Assembly: GCA_965277285.1 (NCBI GenBank)
Contig: OZ255721.1
Coordinates: 2,880,001-2,944,000, forward strand
Length of the DNA: 64,000 nucleotides
Direction of reading: 5' to 3'
Origin: Abditibacteriaceae bacterium
Lineage (GTDB): Bacteria; Armatimonadota; Abditibacteriia; Abditibacteriales; Abditibacteriaceae
In this document: piece after piece, positions 42,457 to 52,740 of the stretch
Position numbering within the stretch: position 1 is the first letter of the stretch
How the letters are laid out: every line of letters begins with the position of its first letter
Notes under the pieces: generated by a model
Told to the model about the DNA's origin: nothing
Databases searched by the model: none
What the model saw: the letters and a program-made list of their open reading frames with translations, nothing else
Program-made: the position numbers and the translations under genes

Positions 42457-42579
42457 GGAATTGACGATTGATAAATCAGGATTGACGATTATCGAGTACT
42501 CGAAAGCGAAGTCTTTGCGTGCAGAATAACACGTTGTATAAACCCAATCGTCATTCGCCAATCCAAAATCGTCAATCAA

Positions 42580-43293
42580 TTAAACGGCTTTCATTTGCCG
42601 CAATTGTTCTTTGCCTTGCTCGACACCTGCCGCGAGTTTGTCCAGCACCGTCGCGGTTTTTTCCAAGATTTCATACGCGTAATTGTCGGCGTCGTCGCGC
42701 AGTTGATCGGCGTGGTTTTCGGTGGCTTCTTGCAACTCGCGGGCGCGTTGCTGCGCGGCTTGTGTGATGGTGTCTTCGGCGACCAATTGTTCAGCGTGCT
42801 GTTGCGCGTCGGCGACGATGCGTTCGGCTTCGCGGCGCGCGTCTTCGAGGACACGAGTGCCTTGATTTTGTGCTTCCTGCATTGTACGCTCGGCTTGAGC
42901 GCGCGAATTAGCAATTAATTGTTCCGCCTGGGCGCGCGATGTGGTCGCGGTTTGTTCCGCTTGAGCGCGCGAATCGTTGATTAACCGGTCGGCCTGAGCG
43001 CGCGACGTATTTTGCGTTTGTTCGGCCTGAGCGCGCGATTCTTCGATCATGTGGCGCGCTTCGGCCTGCGCTTCGGTGACCAAAGTCTGCGCTTGCATTT
43101 GCGCATCGGCGACCATGCGTTCGCTGTCGCGCGTGACGCGGACGGCTTTTTGCAAATCGTCCGGCAGGGCTTTTTTGAGCTTGAGAATTTTTTCGTAAAA
43201 CTCGTCTTCGTTGACCAAAACTTTGTTGAAAGGCAAGCCTTTGCCGTCCTCAACAAACTGCTCCAATTCTTCTATGATGCGAAAAACGTCTAT
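42580..43293 (-). CDS. DivIVA / ATP-synthase-b-like coiled-coil protein; probable ATA start
   Basis: IDVFRIIEELEQFVE.GKGLPF.KVLV...LPDDLQKA, C-terminal DADNYA; internal 11-aa SRAQA repeats. Confidence 0.8.
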   Translation of the reverse strand: MDVFRIIEELEQFVEDGKGLPFNKVLVNEDEFYEKILKLKKALPDDLQKAVRVTRDSERMVADAQMQAQTLVTEAQAEARHMIEESRAQAEQTQNTSRAQADRLINDSRAQAEQTATTSRAQAEQLIANSRAQAERTMQEAQNQGTRVLEDARREAERIVADAQQHAEQLVAEDTITQAAQQRARELQEATENHADQLRDDADNYAYEILEKTATVLDKLAAGVEQGKEQLRQMKAV

Positions 43294-43357
43294 GGCCGAG
43301 CCTCCCCCACGTCAGATATTTGGGTCAACATCTGCGGGTACTCTTGCGAGATAATAT

Positions 43358-43978
43358 TTAATTTGAAATGATGTCAGATGAGTCGCTCGATGCGTCATTC
43401 GAGTACTCGTTTGCCGTTTCCAGAAACACCAACATTGATTCGCCAGCGCGCCGTTCCTGCACGCGTTTGTAAGCATCCGAAAGCGACAACTTCGCTTTCC
43501 AATGATGCTGAATTACCAGCAAACCGGAAAATGGCTTTTTCCCATTATGCAACAACTGCGGCAAGTTGTCCAACGCCGCGCACAATTCCGGTAGCTCCGT
43601 CGCGCGATCAAACGGCGGATCAGCCAAAATCAGATCGAAAGTTTCCTGTTTTTCACCCAAACGCGTTAGTGATTTTTGCACAGAATTCTGCCATATCGTG
43701 GCGCGATTTTCCCAACCCAGCGCGCGAATGTTGTCGCCAATCGCGCGGCACGCCTGCGCATTTTGCTCGATGAACAAACACGAACTCGCGCCGCGACTGA
43801 GCGCTTCCAATCCCAGCGAACCACTTCCCGCATATAAATCGAGGACGCGTGCATCTAAGGTTCGCGCGCCGACGATGTTGAACAAGGTTTCGCGCGAACG
43901 CGCATCGGTCGGGCGCGTACCGTTGCCTTCGCGCGTTTTGATGGTTCGCCCGCGCGCTTCGCCTGCTAAAATTCGCAT
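43358..43978 (-). CDS. rsmD: 16S rRNA m2G966 methyltransferase
   Basis: MRILAG, TRPT, LDLYAGSGSLGLEALSRGA, DPPF. Confidence 0.93.
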   Translation of the reverse strand: MRILAGEARGRTIKTREGNGTRPTDARSRETLFNIVGARTLDARVLDLYAGSGSLGLEALSRGASSCLFIEQNAQACRAIGDNIRALGWENRATIWQNSVQKSLTRLGEKQETFDLILADPPFDRATELPELCAALDNLPQLLHNGKKPFSGLLVIQHHWKAKLSLSDAYKRVQERRAGESMLVFLETANEYSNDASSDSSDIISN

Positions 43979-44116
43979 AAACTCTTATTCTAACTTTTTC
44001 ACCGCGCAGAGAAGAGATGAGTTGTACGTACGGGCTTGGCGCGCCAAGCCCGTACGTTACGCACTTCTAAACTTTTCTTCGCACCCTTCGCGTTCTTCGC
44101 GGTGAACTTTTCGACT

Positions 44117-44590
44117 ATGAAAAATACTTTTCCTGTAGATGAAAGTGTCGAGGTGCGTTTCCCCGCCGCGTTTTTGACGGTGATGACGCTGGCCTTGCTG
44201 CTGGGCGGAATGGTAACGTGCGGCTTGATGTGGCTTTTGTCGGGAATGCAGCCGCACGCGCAGCAACACACGTTGCGCGCGGTCGGCACGGCGGTTTTGT
44301 TCACCGACATCGGCATGGCGATTTTTTTGCGCGCCTTTCTGGGCAACGCCTTCGTGCGCGCCGACAACAAAGGCGTCACCAAACGCAGCGGTTTCGCACG
44401 GGAACAATTCGTCGCGTGGGACAATATCGCGCGGCTGGAAACGCAAAAATCCGGAGCCAGCATCATCGGCCTGACCTTGTTCGACCGCGACAACAAATCC
44501 GTGATGCGCATTCGCCCCGAAGCGCGCCCGCCATTGGACAAAACCAAAATCGTCGCGTTTATCGAAAAGAAGTTGAACGCGCGGCATTAA
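44117..44590 (+). CDS. Hypothetical two-TM membrane protein (possible bacterial PH-like domain)
   Basis: Two hydrophobic helices followed by a beta-rich region; ATG 44117. Confidence 0.65.
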   Translation: MKNTFPVDESVEVRFPAAFLTVMTLALLLGGMVTCGLMWLLSGMQPHAQQHTLRAVGTAVLFTDIGMAIFLRAFLGNAFVRADNKGVTKRSGFAREQFVAWDNIARLETQKSGASIIGLTLFDRDNKSVMRIRPEARPPLDKTKIVAFIEKKLNARH

Positions 44591-45468
44591 TCGAGTCTTC
44601 TCAAGAAAGAAGAAAAGAAAGACCTATGCCTCGTTATTAACTTTTCTTCTTTCGCAGCTACTGCAAGGGTTTCAGATTTTTTGAGTGCGTATGCCTTGCT
44701 AAGTGCACAGATCTCTACCGCATCCTGCACAAAAGATTCTATTGCAGGTTTTGTTATTAAGTGAATATCGCAGGGCTGACCTGATGTCGTACGCTTCCAA
44801 CGAACTACTGCGCGGTCTACTTCATGTACACCTAAATCTCCATTATCGGACAACCAACTTACGAATAATGGGCAATCGATAATAATCACTGGGATCGCAA
44901 CACCAACAATATACAGGCTTGTAAAGCTCATGCTCTTTGATTTGACGCTATTATCAAAATGCCTAATAAATGATTCAGATGACTTTACAGCACTTAAAGC
45001 CGCTTTGTAACAAACATCCTGCCCCGAAGTAAAAGCTTGAGTCAGACCATAACCCACGAAATTACCCTGAAAGAAGTGAAGATTTTTAAGTTGACCTTCT
45101 AAACCGTTTTTATCCATATAATCGTTCTGGAGAAGCCGCCGCCAGAGATTTGATTGTAGGGTATCTGCGGGTGAAGAAAACCGGTAATAAGGCGAATCTG
45201 TAAATAGTATCCAAGGTTTATCGGATGAGGTTTTACATTCTATACAGTAGTTCATCTCAAACACAAATGAGCCTTTAGGATATGTGCGAGTGGAGGCTAC
45301 TACGTCTATCTCTCTCTGTTCGTTTGTTTCTGGATCATTGTAAAGATCAGACAAACTAACGTCAAAACCTGCTGAATGGAGGGCATTCGCTACTGCCATT
45401 TCCAATGGATAGCCTTGCCCTTTAATCCATTTACCTACTTTATTCTGTAATGAATCTTGTTCGTTCAT
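44587..45468 (-). CDS. AT-rich hypothetical protein with a PD-(D/E)xK nuclease-like motif
   Basis: GYPLEMAV...REIDVVA...IECKTS; 8 bp downstream of recG. Confidence 0.75.
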   Translation of the reverse strand: MNEQDSLQNKVGKWIKGQGYPLEMAVANALHSAGFDVSLSDLYNDPETNEQREIDVVASTRTYPKGSFVFEMNYCIECKTSSDKPWILFTDSPYYRFSSPADTLQSNLWRRLLQNDYMDKNGLEGQLKNLHFFQGNFVGYGLTQAFTSGQDVCYKAALSAVKSSESFIRHFDNSVKSKSMSFTSLYIVGVAIPVIIIDCPLFVSWLSDNGDLGVHEVDRAVVRWKRTTSGQPCDIHLITKPAIESFVQDAVEICALSKAYALKKSETLAVAAKEEKLITRHRSFFSSFLRRLD

Positions 45469-45476
45469 AATTCGTC

Positions 45477-47978
45477 TTAACTCACTTGAATCAAGCTCAA
45501 TTTATCGCCCCAAAAGCGGCGCAGCGCGTCTTTGAGTACTCGATGTTCGTCCCATTCGAGGTGCGGATCGGCGGCGACGAGTTGGAAAGCGGCTTCGCGC
45601 GCCTGGGCGATGATGTCCACATCGCGGATGATGTTGGCCAGGCGAAAGTCGGGCAGGCCGCTCTGACGCGTGCCGTAAAATTCGCCCGGGCCGCGCAAGT
45701 TCAAGTCGTATTCGGCGATTTCAAAACCGTTTTGCGTTTTGGTCATCACACTTAAACGCGCGCGGCCTTCGTCGGTTTTCGGGTTGCCCAACAAAATACA
45801 CGTTGACGGATGTTCGCCGCGCCCGACGCGACCTCGCAACTGATGCAACTGCGAAAGCCCGAACCGCTCGGCGTCTTCGACCAGCATCACGGTCGCGTTC
45901 GGCACATCGACGCCGACTTCGATGACAGTTGTCGAAACCAGAACGTCGCGCATTCCCGCGCGGAACAATTCCATTTGCTCGTCGCGTTCGCTTACATCCA
46001 TTTGCCCGTGAATCAGGCCGACGCGCAAATCGTGCAGTTCGTTGTGGCGCAGCGTTTCAGCTAAAACTGTCGCGGCCTGCAAATGCGCCAGCGCTTCGGA
46101 TTCTTCGACCAGCGGACAAACCACATACGCCTGGCGCCCGTTTTCGACTTCCTTGCGAATGATTTTATAAGCGCGCTCGCGGCTTTGCGGCTTGATTTGC
46201 AACGTTTTTATTGGCTGTCTGCCAGGCGGAAGTTCATCTAAAACGCTGACGTCCAAGTCGCCGTAAACCGTCAGCGCCATCGTGCGCGGAATCGGTGTCG
46301 CGGTCATTACTAAAACATCGGGACGCAAGCCACTGGCGCCTTTTTGCGCCAAGGTCGCGCGCTGCATCACGCCGAAACGATGCTGTTCATCGACGACACA
46401 AACGCTCAGTTTGTGGAACTCGATGCCTTCCTGAATCAGCGCGTGCGTGCCGACTACGACATGAACGCGACCTTCGGCGAGATCGGTTTGAACGCGGCGT
46501 TTTTGCGCCGCGCGCAGCGAACCTTCCAACAACGCGACCTCGACGCCCAGCGGTTCGAGTACTCGTTTGAGCGTGGAATAATGCTGCTCGGCCAAAATCT
46601 CGGTCGGGGCGAGCAGCGCGCCTTGTTGACCTGTGGCAAACGCCGTCCACAGCGCATACGCCGCGACAATGGTTTTTCCGCTACCAACATCGCCGTGCAA
46701 AAGGCGGTTCATCGGGCGCGGAGATTTCAAATCTTTGCGGATTTCGTTCATCGCGCGCTTCTGGGCGCCGGTCAGTTTGAAGGGAAGTTTTGAGAGAAAA
46801 CCTTTAATCTCTTCATCGGGAACGAGGTGGCGAATGCCGATTTCTTCGGTGTGCGCCGCGATTTTCTTTTGCGCCAAAGCGACTTGCAAGAGGAACAATT
46901 CTTCAAACACCAATCGCAAGCGCGCTTCTTCTTTTAATTCCAAATCGTCGGGGAAATGAATCTGCTTTAACGACCACGCAAGTTCCGGCAAATTGAAGTG
47001 CGTTCGAGTACTCGATGGAATTGGATCTTCAACGGCTTCGGCGCAACGTTCGAGCGCGCCGAAAATGGCTTTGCGAATCGCGCTCTGAAACATTCCTTCA
47101 GTCAAAGGATAAATCGGCACGATGCGACCGACTTGAAAACCGTTGTCCTCAGCGCCCATGATTTCAAATTCGGGCGCGTCCATTTGCAACGTGCCGCCGA
47201 ACTCGCTGATTTTGCCATAGAGAAATAATTGCGTGCCGACGGGAAACTGCTTTTCGCGGAACGGCTGATTCCACCATTGCAAATCCAAACGCCCGCTGCT
47301 GTCGCCGACACGAACGCGCGTCAGATTGCGATTGTTGGCCATCTTACGCGTTTGCGGCGCGAACAGAACCGTCGCGCAAACGCTGTCTTTGGTGCCGGGT
47401 TCGACTTGCGCAATCGGCTTGACGACGCGGCGATCTTCGTAGCGCGCGGGAAAATAATAAAGCAGGTCGTAAACCGTGCGAAGTCCCAATTTCTTCAACG
47501 CTTCGGCACGCTTTGGCCCGATGCCTTTGAGATACGTCAAATCGGTGTCGAGTTCGCAACGCGCGTTTGGAGTGACTGTGGGAGTTGGTTGCCTGGCTGG
47601 CATCGGCGATTCGGCAGGCTGCGCAATCGAGTACTCGATTGACGTGGCAGGCTGCGGCACGGGTTCAGGGCGAGGCGGCGCCTCGCCCCTACGATTGGCG
47701 AACGGCTGCAATTCTTCGATCAAACGTTGCGTTTCCGTGATTGCCTGGCGGCGTTCATCGAGCGAAGCGTTTTCATAATTTGTCCAAAGATTGAGCAATC
47801 GTTGCAATCGAAACTCGGCTTCGGGCGCGACTTCATTGCTTTGAATTCCGCGCAATGCGCCTTCGATGTGGCCGATCATAAAACCATCCAGACCGCCGAT
47901 GACAGACGCATTGGAAAAGCCGGTTTTCGCTTCCGCCGCCAAAGGTTTGAGAAGTTGCAGCAAAAGTTCGCGCAGCAT
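45477..47978 (-). CDS. recG: ATP-dependent DNA helicase RecG
   Basis: GIGPKRA wedge region, GDVGSGKT, DEQHRFG, MTATPIPRT, QLRGRVGRG, RGPGEFYGTRQSG. Confidence 0.97.
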   Translation of the reverse strand: MLRELLLQLLKPLAAEAKTGFSNASVIGGLDGFMIGHIEGALRGIQSNEVAPEAEFRLQRLLNLWTNYENASLDERRQAITETQRLIEELQPFANRRGEAPPRPEPVPQPATSIEYSIAQPAESPMPARQPTPTVTPNARCELDTDLTYLKGIGPKRAEALKKLGLRTVYDLLYYFPARYEDRRVVKPIAQVEPGTKDSVCATVLFAPQTRKMANNRNLTRVRVGDSSGRLDLQWWNQPFREKQFPVGTQLFLYGKISEFGGTLQMDAPEFEIMGAEDNGFQVGRIVPIYPLTEGMFQSAIRKAIFGALERCAEAVEDPIPSSTRTHFNLPELAWSLKQIHFPDDLELKEEARLRLVFEELFLLQVALAQKKIAAHTEEIGIRHLVPDEEIKGFLSKLPFKLTGAQKRAMNEIRKDLKSPRPMNRLLHGDVGSGKTIVAAYALWTAFATGQQGALLAPTEILAEQHYSTLKRVLEPLGVEVALLEGSLRAAQKRRVQTDLAEGRVHVVVGTHALIQEGIEFHKLSVCVVDEQHRFGVMQRATLAQKGASGLRPDVLVMTATPIPRTMALTVYGDLDVSVLDELPPGRQPIKTLQIKPQSRERAYKIIRKEVENGRQAYVVCPLVEESEALAHLQAATVLAETLRHNELHDLRVGLIHGQMDVSERDEQMELFRAGMRDVLVSTTVIEVGVDVPNATVMLVEDAERFGLSQLHQLRGRVGRGEHPSTCILLGNPKTDEGRARLSVMTKTQNGFEIAEYDLNLRGPGEFYGTRQSGLPDFRLANIIRDVDIIAQAREAAFQLVAADPHLEWDEHRVLKDALRRFWGDKLSLIQVS

Positions 47979-47988
47979 GAGAGGAATT

Positions 47989-48097
47989 GTAGGGGCGAGT
48001 CGGTGGCTCGCCCGAAGCTCGCGCTCCTACGACAATCGAGTACTCGATATTCGTTGCACGCGGAAAAAGAGCGGACGAGCCAGTGCCTCGCCCCTAC
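47989..48097. repeat. REPIN-like doublet of family B REPs surrounding a TCGAGTACTCGA palindrome
   Basis: GTAGGGGCGAGTCGGTGGCTCGCCC ... GGACGAGCCAGTGCCTCGCCCCTAC. Confidence 0.75.
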
Positions 48098-48098
48098 G

Positions 48099-48671
48099 TT
48101 ATTTCTTCGTCGTTTCTTCGCGTCGCTTGACGACGATCACGTTTTGAATGTCGCGGTTCGACAAAATGTGCAGACGGCCTTCGCGGTCGCGCAAAATGGT
48201 GGAGCGCAGAGTGAAACGTTCCACGGTTCCCGCGTGATTGTCGATTTCGACGACATCGCCGACGGCCAAAGTGTCTTCAGCCAACAGCGTGTAGCCTTGC
48301 GACAAGTCGCGCAAAATTGGCACAAGTCCAGCGGCGAAAAGCGCGACGATGGCGCCAATAGCGAGTGAAAGTGGCAAAATCGGCACGCCGAACAAGTTGA
48401 AAACCAGCAGCATTGCAATTGTATAAAGAATGCTGCGCGAGAAGATTTTTGGCGTCTGGCGCAAAACGGTGCGGCGCCGCATTCGCCAACCGGCTTCACG
48501 ATTGGTGTCGACTGTAATTAAGGGCGTTACTTGCTTTTCCAGAAAACGATTGAACCACCACGTCAAAAGTTCAAACGCAATCGCCAGACAAAGGATGTAG
48601 GCGCCTTTGAGAATCAATGCTGACAAGTTCAAATTCGCGCGCAGGGCGTCTTGCAACTGAGAAAGGTTCAT
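48099..48671 (-). CDS. MscS-family mechanosensitive channel protein (short)
   Basis: RDLSQG..LL.ED.LAVGDVVEI, GTVERFTLRSTILR. Confidence 0.8.
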   Translation of the reverse strand: MNLSQLQDALRANLNLSALILKGAYILCLAIAFELLTWWFNRFLEKQVTPLITVDTNREAGWRMRRRTVLRQTPKIFSRSILYTIAMLLVFNLFGVPILPLSLAIGAIVALFAAGLVPILRDLSQGYTLLAEDTLAVGDVVEIDNHAGTVERFTLRSTILRDREGRLHILSNRDIQNVIVVKRREETTKK

Positions 48672-49270
48672 TGTTTGGTGGTTCCTTCAATCGTGAGTTT
48701 CTGGTCGTCAATCGTCACTGTCTCGATTTTTCCGGGCAGTTTTTCGCTCCACTTGTTCAAGGCGCGCGTCACTTCTTTTTGTGCTTTTTTCTTCAACGAA
48801 CCGACCGAAAACCCCTGCACTTTCAATTCGCCAGCCTGGAAATCGAGTTGCCCGTTTTTGACAGAAACGTCTCCGGTCAAGGTCGCGGTCGCATCGAAAC
48901 CTTTGTAGTTGACGCGGCCTTGCAACGCCATTTCGCCAGGCGAAAGCCCGATGTTGATGTCGCGCACGGGAAACTTTGAGGTGTCCAGGCGGTCTTGCAA
49001 AAGCGTGTTCAACTGCTCTTCGGTCGCTTCGATGTGGAAAGTTTTCTTTTCGCCGCTTTTGCTTTCGCGCGCCACTTGCTCGACCTGATCGGTTAGTTTT
49101 TGCGCGTCGGCGCGACGCTGCGCTTTTTCCTGTGGCGCCAATTGCGCGAATGGAACCGCTGTCGAAACGCGCGGCGGCGCCACTTTTTGATAAATGAAAT
49201 AAGCGCCCACGCCCAGAACGACGAGCAACACGAGCGGCACAAAGGAAAAACGTCGTATTCTCATAAGCAA
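48668..49270 (-). CDS. Hypothetical membrane-anchored protein (TULIP/LmeA-like, tentative)
   Basis: N-terminal TM; TEEQLNTLL followed by a beta-rich region. Confidence 0.7.
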   Translation of the reverse strand: MLMRIRRFSFVPLVLLVVLGVGAYFIYQKVAPPRVSTAVPFAQLAPQEKAQRRADAQKLTDQVEQVARESKSGEKKTFHIEATEEQLNTLLQDRLDTSKFPVRDINIGLSPGEMALQGRVNYKGFDATATLTGDVSVKNGQLDFQAGELKVQGFSVGSLKKKAQKEVTRALNKWSEKLPGKIETVTIDDQKLTIEGTTKQ

Positions 49271-49396
49271 TTGTCGATTCGAGTACTCGGTAGTCGGAAA
49301 ATCGTTTTCAGAACGTGTGAAGAAAGTCCAGAAAATGACAGAAATACGCCATCAAACTGGCAGTTTGATGGCTCTTCCATCTTTCTCTACAAAAAT

Positions 49397-50824
49397 TCAT
49401 GGCGATTTCATTTTCTCGTAGAAAGAAACGCCGAGTTCTTTCGCGCGGTTCATGCGCTCGTTCAAAGGCATCTCGAGCGGCGCTATCGAGCGACAATGCC
49501 AATCTTTGCCGCTGGGGTCGCCCGTCGCATAATATTTTCCGGTACACGCCGCGCCCGCCGCCCGCTCCTGATATTGATCGGGATAAAAGCGGAAATAACT
49601 CCACGTCGGCCAAAACGACAGGAAACAAAACAACCACAAAACCGCGCGCTCTCCAACGCGCCATTGCGAGTTCGCCGTAAGTTGATACCACGTCGCGGCT
49701 GACAGCGGAACCAAGAGCGTAACGAATTCCGTATAACGCGGCGTCTTCGACATTGTAAGGCCAACGCCCGCGCGCCCCGACGTGATGGATAACAACACCA
49801 TCAGCAAACCCAGCACAATCGCGCACGGCGCCCAGAAACTAAACGCGTTTTTCTCGAAAGTTTCCTTTTGACGAGCGCGAAACAATAATTTCCAGAACGG
49901 CGCAAGAACGAAAAGCAGGCACGCCAGCCCGCAAATAACCGAATACGAAGCGAAACCAAAACCCGCTGAAACGATGTTCAAGAACCAAATCCAGAACACG
50001 GCGGAAAATGGCGAAGCCTTGAGATCTTGCGCAGTCGCAGCGTGCCATCCATCGAACCAAAAAGCGATCGCGCCGATCAACAAAACCGCGACTACCGCCA
50101 ATTGCTGCCATTCGCGCCCGCGCAATGCACTTTCGACGCTCTGCGCGCGACGTATTTTCCACAGGCCGAAGACCAACAGCAGCACGGCGCACGAAACCAA
50201 TCCGCTCGATAGCGAGTAGATCGACAAAATCGCGCACAAGGAACCGGCCAGCAACAATTTCCAGCTTTGAGTTGTGTTGCCATCCGCGCCCATTTTTTCA
50301 CTGAAAAGCAGCAGGACAGCGCACAGGAAAAACAGCACGACAAAGTGAAACGACGACTGAAACGCCATCAAATGGTTTTCGTGATTGATCGGCGACAGCA
50401 AGAAAACCACGAACGCTAAAACCATCCACAACGGCATTTGCGGCGCGATTTTGCGTGTCAACTGAATCACGACCAGCAAGAGAACGCCATAGATCCCAAA
50501 GTTGAGAAGTTGCTGAACCGCGATGTCCCAGTTGTTCCAGTGATAAAGCAGCCAGATGAAAAGTTTATCGGTGACAATGCGATGTTCGTTGTGCTGCGCG
50601 AAAAGCCATGGAATGTTCAAGTTGGACGACAAAGCGTCGGGGCGCAACATTTCCCATTCGTCCCAAAACGGAATATCGACCGCATACGTCCATACCGCAA
50701 AAAAGTGGTATAGATACAATCCCAGACAAAACAAAATCGCCGCGCTGTCCGCGATTTTCGTCTTGCCCGACCATAGGGAAAGCGATGTCGTTGCCGTGTT
50801 ATCCGTCGCAGATGTTCGCAGCAT
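49397..50824 (-). CDS. Multi-TM membrane protein, GT-C-like
   Basis: VDIPFWDEW...AQHNEHR N-terminal loop; ~11 hydrophobic segments. Confidence 0.75.
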   Translation of the reverse strand: MLRTSATDNTATTSLSLWSGKTKIADSAAILFCLGLYLYHFFAVWTYAVDIPFWDEWEMLRPDALSSNLNIPWLFAQHNEHRIVTDKLFIWLLYHWNNWDIAVQQLLNFGIYGVLLLVVIQLTRKIAPQMPLWMVLAFVVFLLSPINHENHLMAFQSSFHFVVLFFLCAVLLLFSEKMGADGNTTQSWKLLLAGSLCAILSIYSLSSGLVSCAVLLLVFGLWKIRRAQSVESALRGREWQQLAVVAVLLIGAIAFWFDGWHAATAQDLKASPFSAVFWIWFLNIVSAGFGFASYSVICGLACLLFVLAPFWKLLFRARQKETFEKNAFSFWAPCAIVLGLLMVLLSITSGRAGVGLTMSKTPRYTEFVTLLVPLSAATWYQLTANSQWRVGERAVLWLFCFLSFWPTWSYFRFYPDQYQERAAGAACTGKYYATGDPSGKDWHCRSIAPLEMPLNERMNRAKELGVSFYEKMKSP

Positions 50825-50916
50825 AAATCGAGTTGGAAGGCCAAATGAAAGCAGAACGTGATTTTATCAGCATTCGAGTACTCGAATGCGCACGCAAGTA
50901 CCGTTTCAGGAAGATT

Positions 50917-52740
50917 CTAAAGCAAATCTGCCGCGCTCATTTTGTCTTCGGCAGAAGCGCCGAAACCAAAAGTCTTCCACATTTCTGGCCCGTAATGGCG
51001 CGTTTGAATCATCACCGGCATTGGCACGCTGTGACCCATAATAAGCGCCTGCTGTTTGGAATCGAGTTGCGCCAGAATGCCTTTCAAGCCGCTGGCGCCG
51101 TTGATGCCGGTCAAAACCGCGTTGATGTCGGCTTCATCGTTCAATTGCGCCGTAATGCGCGTGCCAATCTGCGACAAAATCTCGTCGTGAATGCCGCTGG
51201 GACGTTGGTCAACCACTAAAAGCGTGACCCAGTATTTGCGCATTTCGCGTGCAATCGTGCCGAAAATCGTTTGTTTGGCGGCCTGCGGATTCAAGAACTT
51301 GTGCGCTTCTTCAATCGTAATCATCAGCTTTTTTGGCTCGTCGTGAGCGCGCATTCCTCTGCCGACCCATTTTTCGTATTGCTCGACATAATGTGCGTGA
51401 AGGCGCCGCGTCAGCACATTCGCCACCAGCAGATAAACCAGCGTGCTTTGCTGCCCACCGAACTCTAAGACGATGTTGACGCCGCCTTCGATGTCGTGCA
51501 GCATGGTTTCCAAGATGTCGCGGCCTTGCGGTTTTTCGGTCAGGAACGGCAGCAAATCGCCGTGTCGTTTTAAATTCGCCTGAAGTTTCCGTTGCAGCGC
51601 GCCGACGCTTTGCTCGTTGCCGCCGACTTGCTGCGCCAGCGTCAAAGCCTCGCTTCGAGTACTCGATTCGCCGTCTTCGTCGGTGCCAACATCGAGCAGT
51701 TTTTCCAGCCACTTCTTACGAAACTTGTTGTAAACCAGATGCGCGCTTTCGGCTGCCGCGTCCGCTAAGTTCAATTCGTTTTGCATCGACAGCAAATCGT
51801 CCGGCTGAATTTGATCCAATGAAATGCGCACTTCTTCGACGTGACCGACGCCGCGCGTGCGTGAACTTTGCGGATCAAGCGAATAAATCTTGACGCGATT
51901 TTTGCCGAAAATCTGGCACAAACCTTTAACTGGCGCGCCGCCTTCACTGCGCGCTTCCCAACCGTATTCGTTGTGCGCATCGAAAATCAGGTTCACAACT
52001 TCGGGGCGATGATGAATCAGGCCGCATAAAACCGTGCGCGTCAAGAACGTTTTGCCAGTTCCACTTTTGCCAAAAATTCCGTTAGAACGTTCGACAAAGC
52101 GCGGCAAATCGAGGCAAACCGGCGAAGTCATATCGAGCGGATTGCCGACGTTGAACCAATCGCTGTTCTTGGAGGATTCCTTGCCGAAAATGCGCGCCAC
52201 GTCTTCCTCGCTGGCTTTGTAAACCCGCGAAAAATGCGACGGCACAGTTTTGACTGGCAGATGATCGCCAAAGGTGCTTTTCAATTCCAGCGCAGGTTCA
52301 CGATGCACGCCGTTTTTCCCGTTGCCGTTTGTTCCATTGGCGCCATTCAATTCGAGTACTCGATTAGTCGCGTAGCTGTCATTAACGGCGAGGTTTTCTT
52401 TCGATGTTGAACTTGTTGAGCGCTTCAACATTAGCATCGGTTTCAGTTTTACGGTCGTGAAAATCGAGGTTTGTTGCAACACTTTCAAGAGCAATTCTTC
52501 GCTGGCTTCGGGCGGATGCAGCAAAATATCGGGATGCGAGGCGTCGAGCGTCACATCGGTAATCATCGAGAAGAAATCGTGATTTTCGCCGCGTATGACG
52601 ACAAACGTTCCGGCTTTGAGTTCTTCGACCGAAACGCCCGGATGCAACTTCATCTCGATACCTTTTTCGAGAGAACCTCTTGTGATAACGCCAAGCGCGT
52701 CATGGGTGTGTGACATAAGTGTTGTATGAAGATGTTTCAA
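50917..52740 (-). CDS. herA: HerA-family ATPase with an N-terminal HAS barrel
   Basis: IFGKSGTGKT, IFDAHNEY, ITIEEAHKF, IAREMRKY, DQRPS. Confidence 0.88.
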   Translation of the reverse strand: MKHLHTTLMSHTHDALGVITRGSLEKGIEMKLHPGVSVEELKAGTFVVIRGENHDFFSMITDVTLDASHPDILLHPPEASEELLLKVLQQTSIFTTVKLKPMLMLKRSTSSTSKENLAVNDSYATNRVLELNGANGTNGNGKNGVHREPALELKSTFGDHLPVKTVPSHFSRVYKASEEDVARIFGKESSKNSDWFNVGNPLDMTSPVCLDLPRFVERSNGIFGKSGTGKTFLTRTVLCGLIHHRPEVVNLIFDAHNEYGWEARSEGGAPVKGLCQIFGKNRVKIYSLDPQSSRTRGVGHVEEVRISLDQIQPDDLLSMQNELNLADAAAESAHLVYNKFRKKWLEKLLDVGTDEDGESSTRSEALTLAQQVGGNEQSVGALQRKLQANLKRHGDLLPFLTEKPQGRDILETMLHDIEGGVNIVLEFGGQQSTLVYLLVANVLTRRLHAHYVEQYEKWVGRGMRAHDEPKKLMITIEEAHKFLNPQAAKQTIFGTIAREMRKYWVTLLVVDQRPSGIHDEILSQIGTRITAQLNDEADINAVLTGINGASGLKGILAQLDSKQQALIMGHSVPMPVMIQTRHYGPEMWKTFGFGASAEDKMSAADLL

